Shown piece by piece: positions 48,253 to 58,900 of a stretch of DNA of 64,000 nucleotides (positions are counted from its first letter, which is position 1; the number at the start of each line of letters is the position of its first letter). Source of the DNA: Bernardetiaceae bacterium (GTDB lineage Bacteria > Bacteroidota > Bacteroidia > Cytophagales > Thermoflexibacteraceae); NCBI GenBank assembly GCA_025057115.1, contig JANWWZ010000003.1, positions 241,025 to 305,024 on the forward strand, in the 5' to 3' direction. Below the pieces are notes generated by a model. That model worked only from the letters and a program-made list of their open reading frames with translations. It did not search any database and was not told where the DNA came from. The position numbers and the translations under genes were made by a program.

Positions 48253-49070
48253 GTATCAAGTTTTTACTTTATAAGGTTCTGGGAAGGCGCAACACCAAAA
48301 AAATTTACTATCGGTTGCGTACTTCTAAAAAGCCGCATTTTTCAGAGGCGGAACTAATCGCCGATTTCTTTTTTGATTTTCTCAAACCTGTTTATAGGTG
48401 CGTAATGATAGATGTGGGGGTACATCATGGGGAATCTTGTGCGGAGTATGCAGCGGCAGGCTGGCAAGTCATTGGCTTTGAGCCCGACCCAAACAATCGG
48501 GACAAAATTCCTTTTATGAAAAATCTTCAATTATTTCCCTTAGCTGTCAGCGACCAAGACAACCAAATAGCCAATCTCTACACTAGTCGAATTTCCTCTG
48601 GTATTTCTTCCTTAACTGCTTTTCATGCTTCACATATGCCTGCTACTCAAGTGAAAACCGTTACCTTGCGCACTATTTTGCGGCAAGAAAAAGTATCGCG
48701 AGTAGATTTCTTAAAAATAGATGTGGAAGGGCATGATCTTTTTGTTCTGAAGGGATTTCCTTTTGAGCGCTATACTCCTTTCATAATTCTTTGCGAGTTT
48801 GAGGACTATAAAACCGTTCCCAACGGATATACCTACACTACTTTAGGCGATTTTTTAGTGGATAAAGGGTATAAAGTTTATCTTTCGGAATGGAAGCCAA
48901 TTATAGAGTATGGTATACCACATGAGTGGGATAACATCCGCCCTTATCCTTGTCGGCTTAACAATGCAAAAGGCTGGGGCAATTTCATTGCCGTTTTACC
49001 CCATTGGGAACAACCTTTTGAACAGGCTTTAAATCGCTATTTGCGTTTTTTGAATGATTATAACAACTAA
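48249..49070 (+). CDS. FkbM-family methyltransferase
   Basis: MIDVGVHHGES...GFEPDPNN...FLKIDVEGHD motifs. 4-nt overlap with the upstream gene. Confidence 0.75.
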   Translation: MSIKFLLYKVLGRRNTKKIYYRLRTSKKPHFSEAELIADFFFDFLKPVYRCVMIDVGVHHGESCAEYAAAGWQVIGFEPDPNNRDKIPFMKNLQLFPLAVSDQDNQIANLYTSRISSGISSLTAFHASHMPATQVKTVTLRTILRQEKVSRVDFLKIDVEGHDLFVLKGFPFERYTPFIILCEFEDYKTVPNGYTYTTLGDFLVDKGYKVYLSEWKPIIEYGIPHEWDNIRPYPCRLNNAKGWGNFIAVLPHWEQPFEQALNRYLRFLNDYNN

Positions 49071-49078
49071 GTTGCGCT

Positions 49079-50149
49079 ATGGACAACAAAAGCAAAGATT
49101 TTCTTTATCGCTACCTCAACAATGCTTCTCCAACTGGTTTTGAGTCTTCTGGTCAAGAAATATGGCTAGATTACCTTAAGCCATATATTCACAGTTATTT
49201 TACTGACACCTATGGCACCGCGGTAGCTGTTATTAACCCAGATCAGCCTTACAAAGTAGTCATAGAAGCTCATGCCGATGAAATTTCTTGGTTTGTCAAT
49301 TACATTTCTCCAGAGGGTTATATATACGTTATTCGCAATGGCGGTTCGGACTATGCCATTGCTCCTTCAATGCGGGTTAATATCCACACTGAAAAGGGAA
49401 TTGTAAAAGGAGTTTTTGGCTGGCCTGCGGTTCATGTACGCGAGGAAAAAGACGATCCCAAGCCATCGCAAAAAAATATCGTCATCGACTGTGGATGTGA
49501 ATCCAAGGAAGAAGTAGAGTCTTTAGGAGTGCATGTGGGCTGCGTAGTAACTTATGAGGACCAGCTCACCGAGCTCAATGGGAAATATCTAGTAGGTCGG
49601 GCGCTGGACAACCGCATCGGTGGTTTTATCATTGCTGAAGTTGCTCGAAGGATACATGAAAACAACATCTCATTGCCCTATACACTCTACATAGTCAATT
49701 CAGTGCAGGAAGAAATTGGTTTGCGCGGTGCAGAGATGATAGCGCGCCGCCTACAAGCGGATGTAGCCCTCTGTACTGATGTATGCCATGACACTAAATC
49801 TCCGCTATACGACAAAATTAAAAGTGGAGAGCAAGCATGTGGCAAAGGTCCTGTGCTGACATACGGACCAGCCGTGCAAAACAACCTGTTGAAGAAAATT
49901 ATACAAGTAGCTGAAAAAGAGAATATTCCATTTCAACGAGCAGCCGTTTCCCGCACTACAGGTACTGATACGGATGCCTTTGCTTATGCGGGTATTGGTA
50001 CTGCTTCTGCTTTGATTTCCTTACCACTTAAATACATGCATACTACTGTTGAAATGGCTCACAAAGAAGATATAGAAAACATCATTCGCCTTATGTATCA
50101 TTTTTTGGTACAGCTGCCAGCTGGCACAGATTTTAGGTACATCAAGTAG
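49079..50149 (+). CDS. M42-family metallo-aminopeptidase (FrvX/YsdC-like)
   Basis: SPTGFE, IEAHADEI, GRALDNRIG and QEEIGLRGA blocks, typical of M42 peptidases. Confidence 0.85.
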   Translation: MDNKSKDFLYRYLNNASPTGFESSGQEIWLDYLKPYIHSYFTDTYGTAVAVINPDQPYKVVIEAHADEISWFVNYISPEGYIYVIRNGGSDYAIAPSMRVNIHTEKGIVKGVFGWPAVHVREEKDDPKPSQKNIVIDCGCESKEEVESLGVHVGCVVTYEDQLTELNGKYLVGRALDNRIGGFIIAEVARRIHENNISLPYTLYIVNSVQEEIGLRGAEMIARRLQADVALCTDVCHDTKSPLYDKIKSGEQACGKGPVLTYGPAVQNNLLKKIIQVAEKENIPFQRAAVSRTTGTDTDAFAYAGIGTASALISLPLKYMHTTVEMAHKEDIENIIRLMYHFLVQLPAGTDFRYIK

Positions 50150-50230
50150 CTTACATGGCTATTGTGAAAGCAAAGCGACGGCTTACTTTTTGGCTTGAAA
50201 AATTGACGCATTAGAAAACTGAGAAGAAAT

Positions 50231-50266
50231 AAAAAAGCCCTAGTAGTACTAGGGCTAAGTTTTTTG
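50231..50266. terminator. Strong bidirectional rho-independent terminator
   Basis: AAAAAA-AGCCCTAG-TAGTA-CTAGGGCT-AAGTTTTTT. Perfect 8-bp stem (50236-50243 / 50249-50256) flanked by A- and T-runs, between convergent genes. Confidence 0.8.
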
Positions 50267-50275
50267 CTCAAAGCG

Positions 50276-50707
50276 TTACCGCTTAAAACCTAGAACTGCT
50301 GCTCCACAGTAGCTTTCTGAGTCTTTAAACGAAAACAAGATGTAGTAAATACCTGTTGAGCGGCAGCGATAGGTCCAACCAGGGTAAGATTTGCCGTTTA
50401 AGTTGTTTGTAGTAAGCTCCTGCCGCTGGTTATCCAGCAGTGTAGCCACAATGCCTTTCGCACCACCATCTTTGCCTTCAATTCTAAGCATGTAGTTGGT
50501 GTCTTTACTGAATACGCAAGTGTATTCAATGTTTTTTCGCGCACCGTTTTTGCCGTCTATCTTATAGCTTTTGACAAAAGTGTAACCTTGTTGTAGTGCC
50601 TTTAGCGCTTTTTGGCTATATACTTCGGCATCACATTGAGCGACAGCCTTAGTAGAGAAAAGCGCCAAAGATAACAGCACTACTAGTGGGGTCAGTACAG
50701 CTCGCAT
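50276..50707 (-). CDS. Small secreted protein of unknown function (4 Cys)
   Basis: Signal peptide MRAVLTPLVVLLSLALFSTKAVAQ. Last gene of the co-oriented cluster, 19 nt after the upstream gene. Confidence 0.55.
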   Translation of the reverse strand: MRAVLTPLVVLLSLALFSTKAVAQCDAEVYSQKALKALQQGYTFVKSYKIDGKNGARKNIEYTCVFSKDTNYMLRIEGKDGGAKGIVATLLDNQRQELTTNNLNGKSYPGWTYRCRSTGIYYILFSFKDSESYCGAAVLGFKR

Positions 50708-50726
50708 ATTTGCAAAGTTAGTTAGG

Positions 50727-51653
50727 TTAAACCTTTACAATTTTGTTTCGAATAGACTTTATCAGGCTGGCAATTGTCTGCACGTCAGTGTCATCGATAA
50801 TGACAGTACTTATTGTGTTATCTTCGGTGATAATTTCTCCATTAACTACCTTTTGCGTAGGCTTGCCAACAGTAGTTTTGATTTGTACTTTGCTATATAC
50901 TTTGCTCAATTCCTTCAAATCAGCAATGAGAGTGGCAAAGTTAGGCTTTGTTTTGTAAATATCTAAGATAGTCAAAATTTGGTCTAAAGCAATTTTTTGC
51001 TCACCGATGCGCTCTTTTAGCTCTTGGTTGTTGGTTTTTTGGTACACTAAAGTAGTCAAATAGAGCGCTTCCACCCAACCACCTGTTAGAATGAGGATAG
51101 TGAGGTTTTCCCTTTTCTGTTCATTGAGATGGTTGTGAATTTTTTCCAAATTTTGCTGAGTAAGTTGGAGTAGTTGCTCTACATTGCCACTGGTAGAAGC
51201 GAGTTCTTTGATGGTTTTGTAATCAAAGTACTGACCAATTCCTAAGTTGTCGGCTAGTTTTTTAACTGCGTTGAGATAATTAAGCACATCTTGATTTTTG
51301 TCGTACAAATTGGCAAATCCCAAATCCGTACTATAAACGCCTAAGTTAAGTGCTTGGCTGTAGTTAGTGCTATAACTTGCCGCTAGGTTGGGATCGTTTA
51401 GGTTAGATACGTTATAAGGTGCCCCTATCGCTTTGATCAGATAGGAAGTTTCGATAGGAGAGGGGATAGATTGCATGATGTTAGCCACTAAATCATCAGA
51501 AATTTGTGGCAATTGGTTATCCTCTGAAACCTCTTTGCTTCCTTTTGGACTTAATGATGAATCGACCTTATTATTACCTTGTTCATTTTCAGGTGAATTG
51601 GCACTGCATGCGAGCACAAGAATAAGGGCAAATGATACATATAGCCTTTTCAT
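50727..51653 (-). CDS. Lipoprotein of unknown function (predominantly helical)
   Basis: Start moved to MKRLYVSFALILVLACSANS (lipobox). No recognisable domain. Confidence 0.6.
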   Translation of the reverse strand: MKRLYVSFALILVLACSANSPENEQGNNKVDSSLSPKGSKEVSEDNQLPQISDDLVANIMQSIPSPIETSYLIKAIGAPYNVSNLNDPNLAASYSTNYSQALNLGVYSTDLGFANLYDKNQDVLNYLNAVKKLADNLGIGQYFDYKTIKELASTSGNVEQLLQLTQQNLEKIHNHLNEQKRENLTILILTGGWVEALYLTTLVYQKTNNQELKERIGEQKIALDQILTILDIYKTKPNFATLIADLKELSKVYSKVQIKTTVGKPTQKVVNGEIITEDNTISTVIIDDTDVQTIASLIKSIRNKIVKV

Positions 51654-51754
51654 AATCCAAATAAGCCTGTTATTTGTTACAATTCTTTCCACTGTTATCT
51701 GCATTTTAGTTTAATCAAAAAGAAAGCCAAAGTTTGAAGTATGATCCCGAAAGG

Positions 51755-54700
51755 TCATTTGCGCGCTAACTCTAGCTTGCTAAATAGCTTGACAAACTTT
51801 CTTAGCCATTCAAAGTAGAGTGCAACATATAGCACTACAGTCATCAGCCAAATAACCAGCAGGTTGAAATAATAAGTACTCATAAAGTGCCCTGCAAAAT
51901 GTTTGACAGGAGCGAAAAAGTGAGTACGATAATCCCACCACCCTTCTGGTTCTGGCAGATGGAAAACAGGGTCAGTGTTTTGAATAATGCGGTTGCCCTC
52001 TATGAAAGTTTTGTCTAGAACATTTTCATTTTTAACGAATTCTGCTAGCTGTTCGTTGTGGTAAAGGTCTTTGAGGCGATTAATAGTTAGAGCGATATTA
52101 TTTTTCTTGGCACTTTCCTCAAAGGCTATGATAACGGAGTCGCGTTTATCAGCCATTTGAGCTTGAATTTGCCCATAAAATACATTTAATTGCCGATTAT
52201 AAGCTCTAACTTGCTCGGCAGCCTGCTCATCAAAAGTTGCAGGATTGAGCAAAGCAATAGTTTGTTCTTTGCCAGGCAGGTTTACTTTATCTCTTTTCAG
52301 TTCGTTGGCTATAGTGGCAAGATAGGTTCTCTTTTGCTGCTGTTCGGAGGGAATTTTACTGTTGCCAATTTCCGCTGCCAATGTTAGTAATTCGTCTATT
52401 TTAGGCAACCAAAAAGAAGTTTTGTAATTGGCAGCGCTCTCCTGCTGGTCTATTTGGAAAAACATCCTTTCATAAGGATTGGTTTTAAATTGCTCTACGC
52501 AAATAGCTTCGTAAGCCCAGCGAGAAGCCCATATGTCGGTAATAAGTGGAGTTTTACCTTTGGCTGCAATGGCATTGTTGAGTTTATCAAAGCTAAAGAT
52601 GCCGCCGCTGAGTATCATTTGCGGTATCAGCAACAAGGGAATGAGCACATATACCGTTACGGCATTATCAAAGGCAGAGGAAATATTCAGTCCTAATACA
52701 TTGGCAAAACAGGAAACGGTAAACAACATAAGCCAGTAAGTAATATACTGTTCCTGTACGCCTAAAATGAGGTTGCCTATGACCACAAAAGAAAGAGTTT
52801 GGATGGCAGAAAGGCTAAACAAAATAATGAGTTTAGAGAACAAGTAGCTAGTGCGGCTTAAATTGAGAAAAGATTCTCTTTTTAAAATTTTGCGGTCGCT
52901 GATGATTTCCTCTGCACTTACAGTAAGCCCCATGAAAAGGGCGATGATAATGCAAATGAGAATGTATGCAGGAATGTTGTCGTTATATCGGAATACGTAC
53001 TGCCCTTTGCCAAGACTGTCTTTATAGCGAATCACCAGCGACATAAGCAGGGCAAGGGCTGGTGCTTCAATTAAATTAACTGTGAGGTATTGTTTATTGC
53101 TAATTTTAGCTAAAGCGTCTCGCGTAGCAAATATGAGCGTTTGCTTGATGCGCGAAGGGATATTGAGGTTTTTCGGGGGTTTTTCGCGTACTTCTTCTAC
53201 TCTGTCTAACTTGAAGTTGGCTTGAAACATTTCATGCCATTCCTCTGGGGTAATTTTTCGTTTATTGGTAAACTCCCCGTACTCATCCACTACGCGAGCT
53301 TCGATGATGTTAAAAATTTGTTCTGGATTGACATTGCCACAGGTCATGCATTGACCGCGCTCACTGCCCACTTGCCGAGTAGCCCTCTTAAAGTAAGTAA
53401 TAGCTTCGATGGGGTTGCCGTAAAAGACAGGGTAGCCTCCTGTGTCAAGGATATACATTTTGTCGAACATTTTGTAAATGTCCGAGGAGGGCTGGTGAAT
53501 GACGGCAAAGATGAGTTTTCCTTTTAGAGAAAGCTCCTTGAGCAGGTCTATGACATTTTCTGAGTCGCGGGAGGAGAGCCCTGAAGTAGGTTCGTCCAAA
53601 AACAGTATTGCTGGTTCGCGAATTAATTCCAAAGCTATGTTGAGGCGTTTGCGCTGTCCACCGCTAATTTTTTTGTTGAGCACGTTGCCCACTTTCAAGT
53701 GCATGATGCGGTCCAGCCCTAAGCTCTCCAACACTGATACTACTTTTGCTGTAATTTCCTCTTCAGAAAGGTCGCGAAAACAGAGTTTAGCGTTGTAGTA
53801 AAGGTTTTGAAAAACGGTCAGGTCTTCGATGAGCAAATCATCTTGGGAAACGTAGCCAATGACACCTTCTATGTTTTTTTTCTCTATAGGGTCATGAATA
53901 TTATATCCGTTGATGGTAACTTTTCCTTGAGAAGGCTTTTCAAGCCCTGCCATAACGTTGAGCAAAGTGGTTTTTCCAGCTCCACTTGCTCCCATGATGC
54001 CTATGAGCTTGCCAGGACCTTCTGAAATGTTAATATTCCGCAGTCCGATAGTGCCGTTGGGAAAGGTAAACCAGACAGAATCTACATTAAATGAAATGTT
54101 GCGTTTGACTTTGTCAGCCGTGTACTTGCTAACTAAATCGCTGTAGTAGAGCGGCGCTCCTTTAGGGGTTTTGATGATGCTGCCATTGGAAAAAAGTACG
54201 ATACTGTTGCGCTTTACTAACTGACCATTGAGATAAATTTCATCGTGTCCTGTGTATTTGATAAAATATAGGTCCACACTTTTGACGCGGATAAAAATAA
54301 TCTCTCCGTCTAGTTTACCGCTATCTATGTATCGCTTTTTGCTTCCTGGAGGGGGTGGTTCGTCGTCAAAGATTAAGATATCTTCCGAGTCCAGTGCAGA
54401 CGAATGCTCCTGCATGGCAAAGGACTCCATCAATTTGTATTCTTCTTTGGGAATATTGAAAACGGAGGCAACTGTTTGAATAATTTCCATGCGTTGTGCT
54501 GTAAAGCTGCGGTTCGCGCTAAGCATTTCCAGCAACTTAAACAACACAATCACTTTTTGTTTTTGAGTAAGGGTTTTATTAATGCGGCGACAAATGGAAA
54601 GCACCCGCACTGCTTCATTAACGCGGGTTACTCTTCTTTTGCGTTCCACTTTGGTGTCGCCTTCTTCGCTGTCTTCATCAATACCGTACTCTGAGTATTT

Positions 54701-54856
54701 ATCGTAAAGAGCAAGGTACTCTGCCATCGTTTCCGAGTCTAGGTCTTGCTGGTAGAAGCTGATGATAAAATTGCGTTCTGCTTCACTTACCCCCGTATCC
54801 TGCTTGGAAATGATGGCAAACAGTTGCGTTAGGGCTTTGAGTATCTCCTCACTCAT
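51755..54856 (-). CDS. Fused ABC transporter (ABCG/ABC-2 type ATPase + permease) with N-terminal regulatory region and long C-terminal extension
   Basis: Walker A GIMGASGAGKTT, signature ISGGQRKR, Walker B ILFLDEPTSGLS. Six TM helices follow the NBD. About 290 aa precede the NBD (a helical TerB/DjlA-N-like segment plus a beta-rich FHA-like segment, ...YLNGQLV...). About 250 aa of helical tail end in a seventh TM (YYFNLLVIWLMTVVLYVALYF). Confidence 0.85.
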   Translation of the reverse strand: MSEEILKALTQLFAIISKQDTGVSEAERNFIISFYQQDLDSETMAEYLALYDKYSEYGIDEDSEEGDTKVERKRRVTRVNEAVRVLSICRRINKTLTQKQKVIVLFKLLEMLSANRSFTAQRMEIIQTVASVFNIPKEEYKLMESFAMQEHSSALDSEDILIFDDEPPPPGSKKRYIDSGKLDGEIIFIRVKSVDLYFIKYTGHDEIYLNGQLVKRNSIVLFSNGSIIKTPKGAPLYYSDLVSKYTADKVKRNISFNVDSVWFTFPNGTIGLRNINISEGPGKLIGIMGASGAGKTTLLNVMAGLEKPSQGKVTINGYNIHDPIEKKNIEGVIGYVSQDDLLIEDLTVFQNLYYNAKLCFRDLSEEEITAKVVSVLESLGLDRIMHLKVGNVLNKKISGGQRKRLNIALELIREPAILFLDEPTSGLSSRDSENVIDLLKELSLKGKLIFAVIHQPSSDIYKMFDKMYILDTGGYPVFYGNPIEAITYFKRATRQVGSERGQCMTCGNVNPEQIFNIIEARVVDEYGEFTNKRKITPEEWHEMFQANFKLDRVEEVREKPPKNLNIPSRIKQTLIFATRDALAKISNKQYLTVNLIEAPALALLMSLVIRYKDSLGKGQYVFRYNDNIPAYILICIIIALFMGLTVSAEEIISDRKILKRESFLNLSRTSYLFSKLIILFSLSAIQTLSFVVIGNLILGVQEQYITYWLMLFTVSCFANVLGLNISSAFDNAVTVYVLIPLLLIPQMILSGGIFSFDKLNNAIAAKGKTPLITDIWASRWAYEAICVEQFKTNPYERMFFQIDQQESAANYKTSFWLPKIDELLTLAAEIGNSKIPSEQQQKRTYLATIANELKRDKVNLPGKEQTIALLNPATFDEQAAEQVRAYNRQLNVFYGQIQAQMADKRDSVIIAFEESAKKNNIALTINRLKDLYHNEQLAEFVKNENVLDKTFIEGNRIIQNTDPVFHLPEPEGWWDYRTHFFAPVKHFAGHFMSTYYFNLLVIWLMTVVLYVALYFEWLRKFVKLFSKLELARK

Positions 54857-54885
54857 AGGTGCTGGTAGTCAGCTTTTGGACACAA

Positions 54886-54935
54886 GTAAAGAAAAACTGC
54901 AAAGCCTTGTTATGTTTGTTTTACAGACCTTGCAG
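54886..54935 (-). terminator. Hairpin plus U-tract between the siaC-like gene and the ABC transporter gene (terminator or attenuator)
   Basis: On the minus-strand RNA, CUGCAAGGUC...GGCUUUGCAG forms a 10-bp stem with 2 G-U pairs (54926-54935 / 54897-54906). It is followed by UUUUUCUUU. Confidence 0.45.
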
Positions 54936-54944
54936 TAAATAAAG

Positions 54945-55319
54945 TTAGTAAGATTTAAATTCAAAGGGCACGGTTTCAACCAGTTCGGAAAATTCTTCTC
55001 CTGCTTCCTCCATGTCCTCGTCATCTTCGTGGTAATACCACACTACGCGCGAGCCCGGAATATTGTCTAACTTGGAAAGAATATCCAGTATCAACTTTGA
55101 AGAAGCAGTATTAAAATACTCCAGTTTAAAGCGGAAGATAGTTTCTGGATTAGGCGCAGCCTGATAGCGGTCGAGCCATTCCAAAATAGGCGCATAAAAT
55201 TCCGCTGCATCTTCGGGTAGGGAGCGCCCCGAGATTTCAAAAATTCCCCTTTCTTTATCTAAGATAATCTTAGGGGTATCTTCAGTTCCTTCTAAGTTGA
55301 TTACTTCCATTGTAGCCAT
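54945..55319 (-). CDS. DUF1987 / SiaC-like regulatory phosphoprotein
   Basis: 124 aa. GTEDTPKIILDKERGIFEISGRSLPEDAAEFYAPILEWL...FKLEYFNTASSKLILDIL is the DUF1987 signature. The candidate phospho-acceptor Thr71 is encoded at 55107-55109. Confidence 0.8.
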   Translation of the reverse strand: MATMEVINLEGTEDTPKIILDKERGIFEISGRSLPEDAAEFYAPILEWLDRYQAAPNPETIFRFKLEYFNTASSKLILDILSKLDNIPGSRVVWYYHEDDEDMEEAGEEFSELVETVPFEFKSY

Positions 55320-55867
55320 CAGCTCTGTGTTCTTGAAATGGTTGCTCTAAGTGAAAAAAAAGATAGTTTATCATTAATGGGCTCAAAATCATAACGCAAT
55401 TTATGACCTGATTTGCGCGCCATGTCAATAAACCCTAAGCCTGCTCCTCCTTTAGCAGAAAGTTCGCCGTGCTTGATTACTTCCTTATAGAGTTCTTTTA
55501 AACCCTCTTTGTCCAAACTGTTGATGTGTTCCAAGCGTCTGGTAATTTCTTCTACCTTTTCTTTGGGAACAGCATTGCCCGAAGTAATCACATATTCATT
55601 GTTATGCTTGCCTATCATAAAAATAGCACTGTTTTTTCCGTAGTTTTCCGTATCATAGGCTTCTGCATGCTTGCAGATGTTTTGCAAGCACTCTACCATG
55701 ACATTGAACACCTTGCGTTTGACGGCGGCTTCCTCGCCAAAGGCATCCATGTTTCGCTCAGCCATGGCCAGCACTGACTTGGTAATTTCCTGCGTAAACT
55801 CGCCCTCATACACCAAAATCAGGTTTTGCCTGAGCATAATCCTATGTAGGTCATATATGTATTTCAT
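55319..55867 (-). CDS. SiaB-like (RsbW/HATPase-type) serine/threonine protein kinase
   Basis: 182 aa. ...MVECLQNICKHAE...GGAGLGFIDMARKSG.... Its stop TGA overlaps the siaC-like ATG (ATGA at 55317-55321). Confidence 0.75.
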   Translation of the reverse strand: MKYIYDLHRIMLRQNLILVYEGEFTQEITKSVLAMAERNMDAFGEEAAVKRKVFNVMVECLQNICKHAEAYDTENYGKNSAIFMIGKHNNEYVITSGNAVPKEKVEEITRRLEHINSLDKEGLKELYKEVIKHGELSAKGGAGLGFIDMARKSGHKLRYDFEPINDKLSFFSLRATISRTQS

Positions 55868-55975
55868 TTGGTAAGCAAGCCATTGTTGTCCTTAAAACGA
55901 TAAAAGAACTAAAAAAGTATATTTCATCTGCAGGGGCTAATTTAGCACTTTTTAGCAATTTCATAGTAGCTGTTT

Positions 55976-58900
55976 TCAAAATTTAATGCCGATGAGCAAT
56001 ATATCGTCGGTTTGTGCATAGCCGTTGCGCCATTGTTCGAATGCGCGGTCAAAGATAGTCCGTATTTCGGTCATGGGCTTATGGTAGTGATTGGCAATAA
56101 GTTCTCGGATTTGCCGAGGGGAAAATTTTTTGTTGTCAGGTCCGCCAAACTGATCAGCAAGTCCATCGGAGGAAAGGTAAATAGAATCCCCTCTAGCAAG
56201 GCATAATTCATGGGTAGTAAAACCTTTGCGATTGCGAATTTGCCCTCCTCCGATGGGAAACTTATCTCCCTTGATCACCTTCAACTCTCCTCTAAGGACG
56301 CAATAAAGAGGACGATGCGCTCCCGCATATTGTACTTTTCCTGTATTGAGATTGATCTTACACAAGGCAATATCCATTCCATCACGGGTAGTGGCATTGA
56401 TGTCTTGTCTTAATGTGCGCGTTACTCCTTCATTGAGCAGGTCTAAAATTTGCCCCACTTCTGATACATTGCGGCTATTGACCACGTCATTAAGAATAAA
56501 GTAACCTATTAGCGAAATAAGAGCTCCTGGAACCCCGTGCCCTGTGCAATCTACCGCTGCTACATACACCTCGTTGCCTTTTTGTAAAAACCATGGAAAA
56601 TCCCCACTTACTACATCGCGTGGACGATAGTATATGAATGAATCAGGGAAAACTTTTTGGATAGTAGTAGTGTCAGGCAGGATAGCGCTTTGAATCCTTT
56701 TGGCATAGTTGATACTTTCGGTAATCTTGCGGTTGATGGAAAGAATTTCCATTTCCGCTTCTTTGTTCTCGGTAATGTCATGAGATACAATAAGCACCGA
56801 TTCAATTTCTCTATTTTCGTTCTGCTCTGGAATGGCATTGACTTGCATGATGCGCTTTCCTAAGAGAGAGGGGAAAGGCATTTCAGTTTTAATAATTTTA
56901 TTAGCCACAATGGCATCGCGGAGCAAGTGAGCCCATTGGCGAACAATTTCTTCCTCAATGCCAGTTTCTTGGATGCGTTTACCTAGCAGTTCGGCGGGTG
57001 TTTTTCCCGTGTAAGTAGTAATGACAGGATTGATGTAAAAGATGATTCCTTCAGGATTAATACGGGTGATCAAGTCGGGAGAGTTTTCCGAAAGAGATTG
57101 CATTTGTCCGCGCATGCGCGCTTCGCGTTCTGCTAAGCGGCGTTCGGTAATATCTCGGTAGTTTACTACAATTCCTTGAATAGCGGGGTCGGAAAGTAAG
57201 TTATTGCCTGTAGCTTCCAGCCAAATTGCCTCACCATTTTTGCGCAGGTATTCAAACTGTACCATTACTTTTTCTTCAGGTTCTTCTAGCAAGTCGCGGA
57301 ACATCTGGCGGGCAATGTGTACGCTATTGGGATGGACATAAATAATATCATTAATCCCTATCATTTCATCGGGCGTATAGCCCAAAATGGATTCTACCGA
57401 AGGACTGATATATCGTATCCGCCCATCTGCTTCATAAATGGTAATGACTTCGGAAGCGTTTTCTAGCAACAACTGCATGCGTTTTTGGGAGCGGTTCACC
57501 TCTTGGATTTGGTCTTCTAGTTGAGCATTGATGCGCCGCAACTCCTCCTGAGTAGCTTCCATAATAATAGCGTTCTCCCGCAAGATTTTTTCGCGTGCTT
57601 GAAGCTCTCGACTCATTTGTTGGGCTTCCGTCAGCAAGCGTAAGGTGCGCTCATTAACTCGTATGTTAAAAATAGTGCGGGCAATAATAGTGCTCACTTC
57701 TTCCACAAAATGGATATACAGGGGAGTAAATCGGTCAAAGCCTGCTAGTTCCACTACCCCGTAAACGGTTTCATTAGCAATGAGCGGCACCAGTAGAAGG
57801 CAGTCGGGTTTGCGGTCTCCTAAAATGCCAGAGGAAATGGTAACATAATGGAAAGGTATTTCAGTGCGCAAAATAGTATCTTTTTCAATGGCTGCTTGCC
57901 CTACCAGTCCTTCTCCTAGGCGGAAGGAATTTTTGATATATTTTCTTCTGCCGTAAGCGTAAGCAGCTAGTAGTTCAAGCAGAATAGAACCATCGGCTTG
58001 TTCGTTAGCCACGTAAATGGCTCCTTGAACGGCTTGGATTCTATAGGTGAGGTAAGCAATTACTTCATAGCTGACTTCTTGCAAATCATTAGAGGAACGC
58101 AAAATTTGTCCTATTTCTGCTACCCCTGAAACGATCCAGTTGCGTTCTTCGTCGCGTTGTTCAGCCCGTCGGATGTTATCGCGCATGGTGAGGAGTGCAT
58201 TGCCTAGCACGTCGTTGGCGCTAGCGGGCTCAAATTCCACATCGTATTTTCCTTCTCCTATTAGGCGAGCAAAGTGGACATTTTTGCGTTGTGTTTCTAC
58301 TAGTTCTTGCACGGCAAGAGCCATTTCCCCAATTTCATCATTGCTTTTGATAGTAATTTTTTCAGGCAATACACCTTGGGCTACCAAACTGAGGCTTGTT
58401 TTGAGAAACTGCAAGGGAGCTACCAAGTAATGGGAGAATATCAAAGAAACTGCAAACGCTACCAGTAAGATAAAAACAGCGGCAAAAAGAAATGACAACA
58501 GCAGCCTATCGAGTTCACTATTAAGCTCATCGAGATCTATTTTTACTACCAGTCCCCATTCTACGCGCGGCAAATATCGCCAAATGGCATATGTTTTTTT
58601 GTCGCGGTAGTCTTGCATGATGCCGAAGCCTGCTTCTCCTATGGCTGCTAGGTAGGTGGGGTCAGGGTTGATTTCATCTACAATAGTGGATTGAGTAAGC
58701 AAAGGAAAAGAAGAAAGGCGGGGTTGGTTGATGTAATCTAGTTTATTGCCAACAAGCTTGGTAAGGATGATTTCGCCAGTTTTGCCCAATCCTATAGTGT
58801 CATTGGTGAAATGGTAAACCTTGGCCATGTCGAACTCTGCTACTAGATGACCTATCAGTTGTTCGTCTAAGCCGAAGACGGGAATGGCTACATTGAGCAA

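Noticed and set aside
51755-54856. Calling a canonical phosphothreonine-binding FHA domain in the ABC transporter N-terminus (which would neatly read phospho-SiaC)
   Set aside because: Only the C-terminal half of the FHA pattern (…YLNGQLV…L..G..I) is visible. I cannot find the GR…SxxH phosphopeptide-binding residues, so I describe it only as FHA-like.
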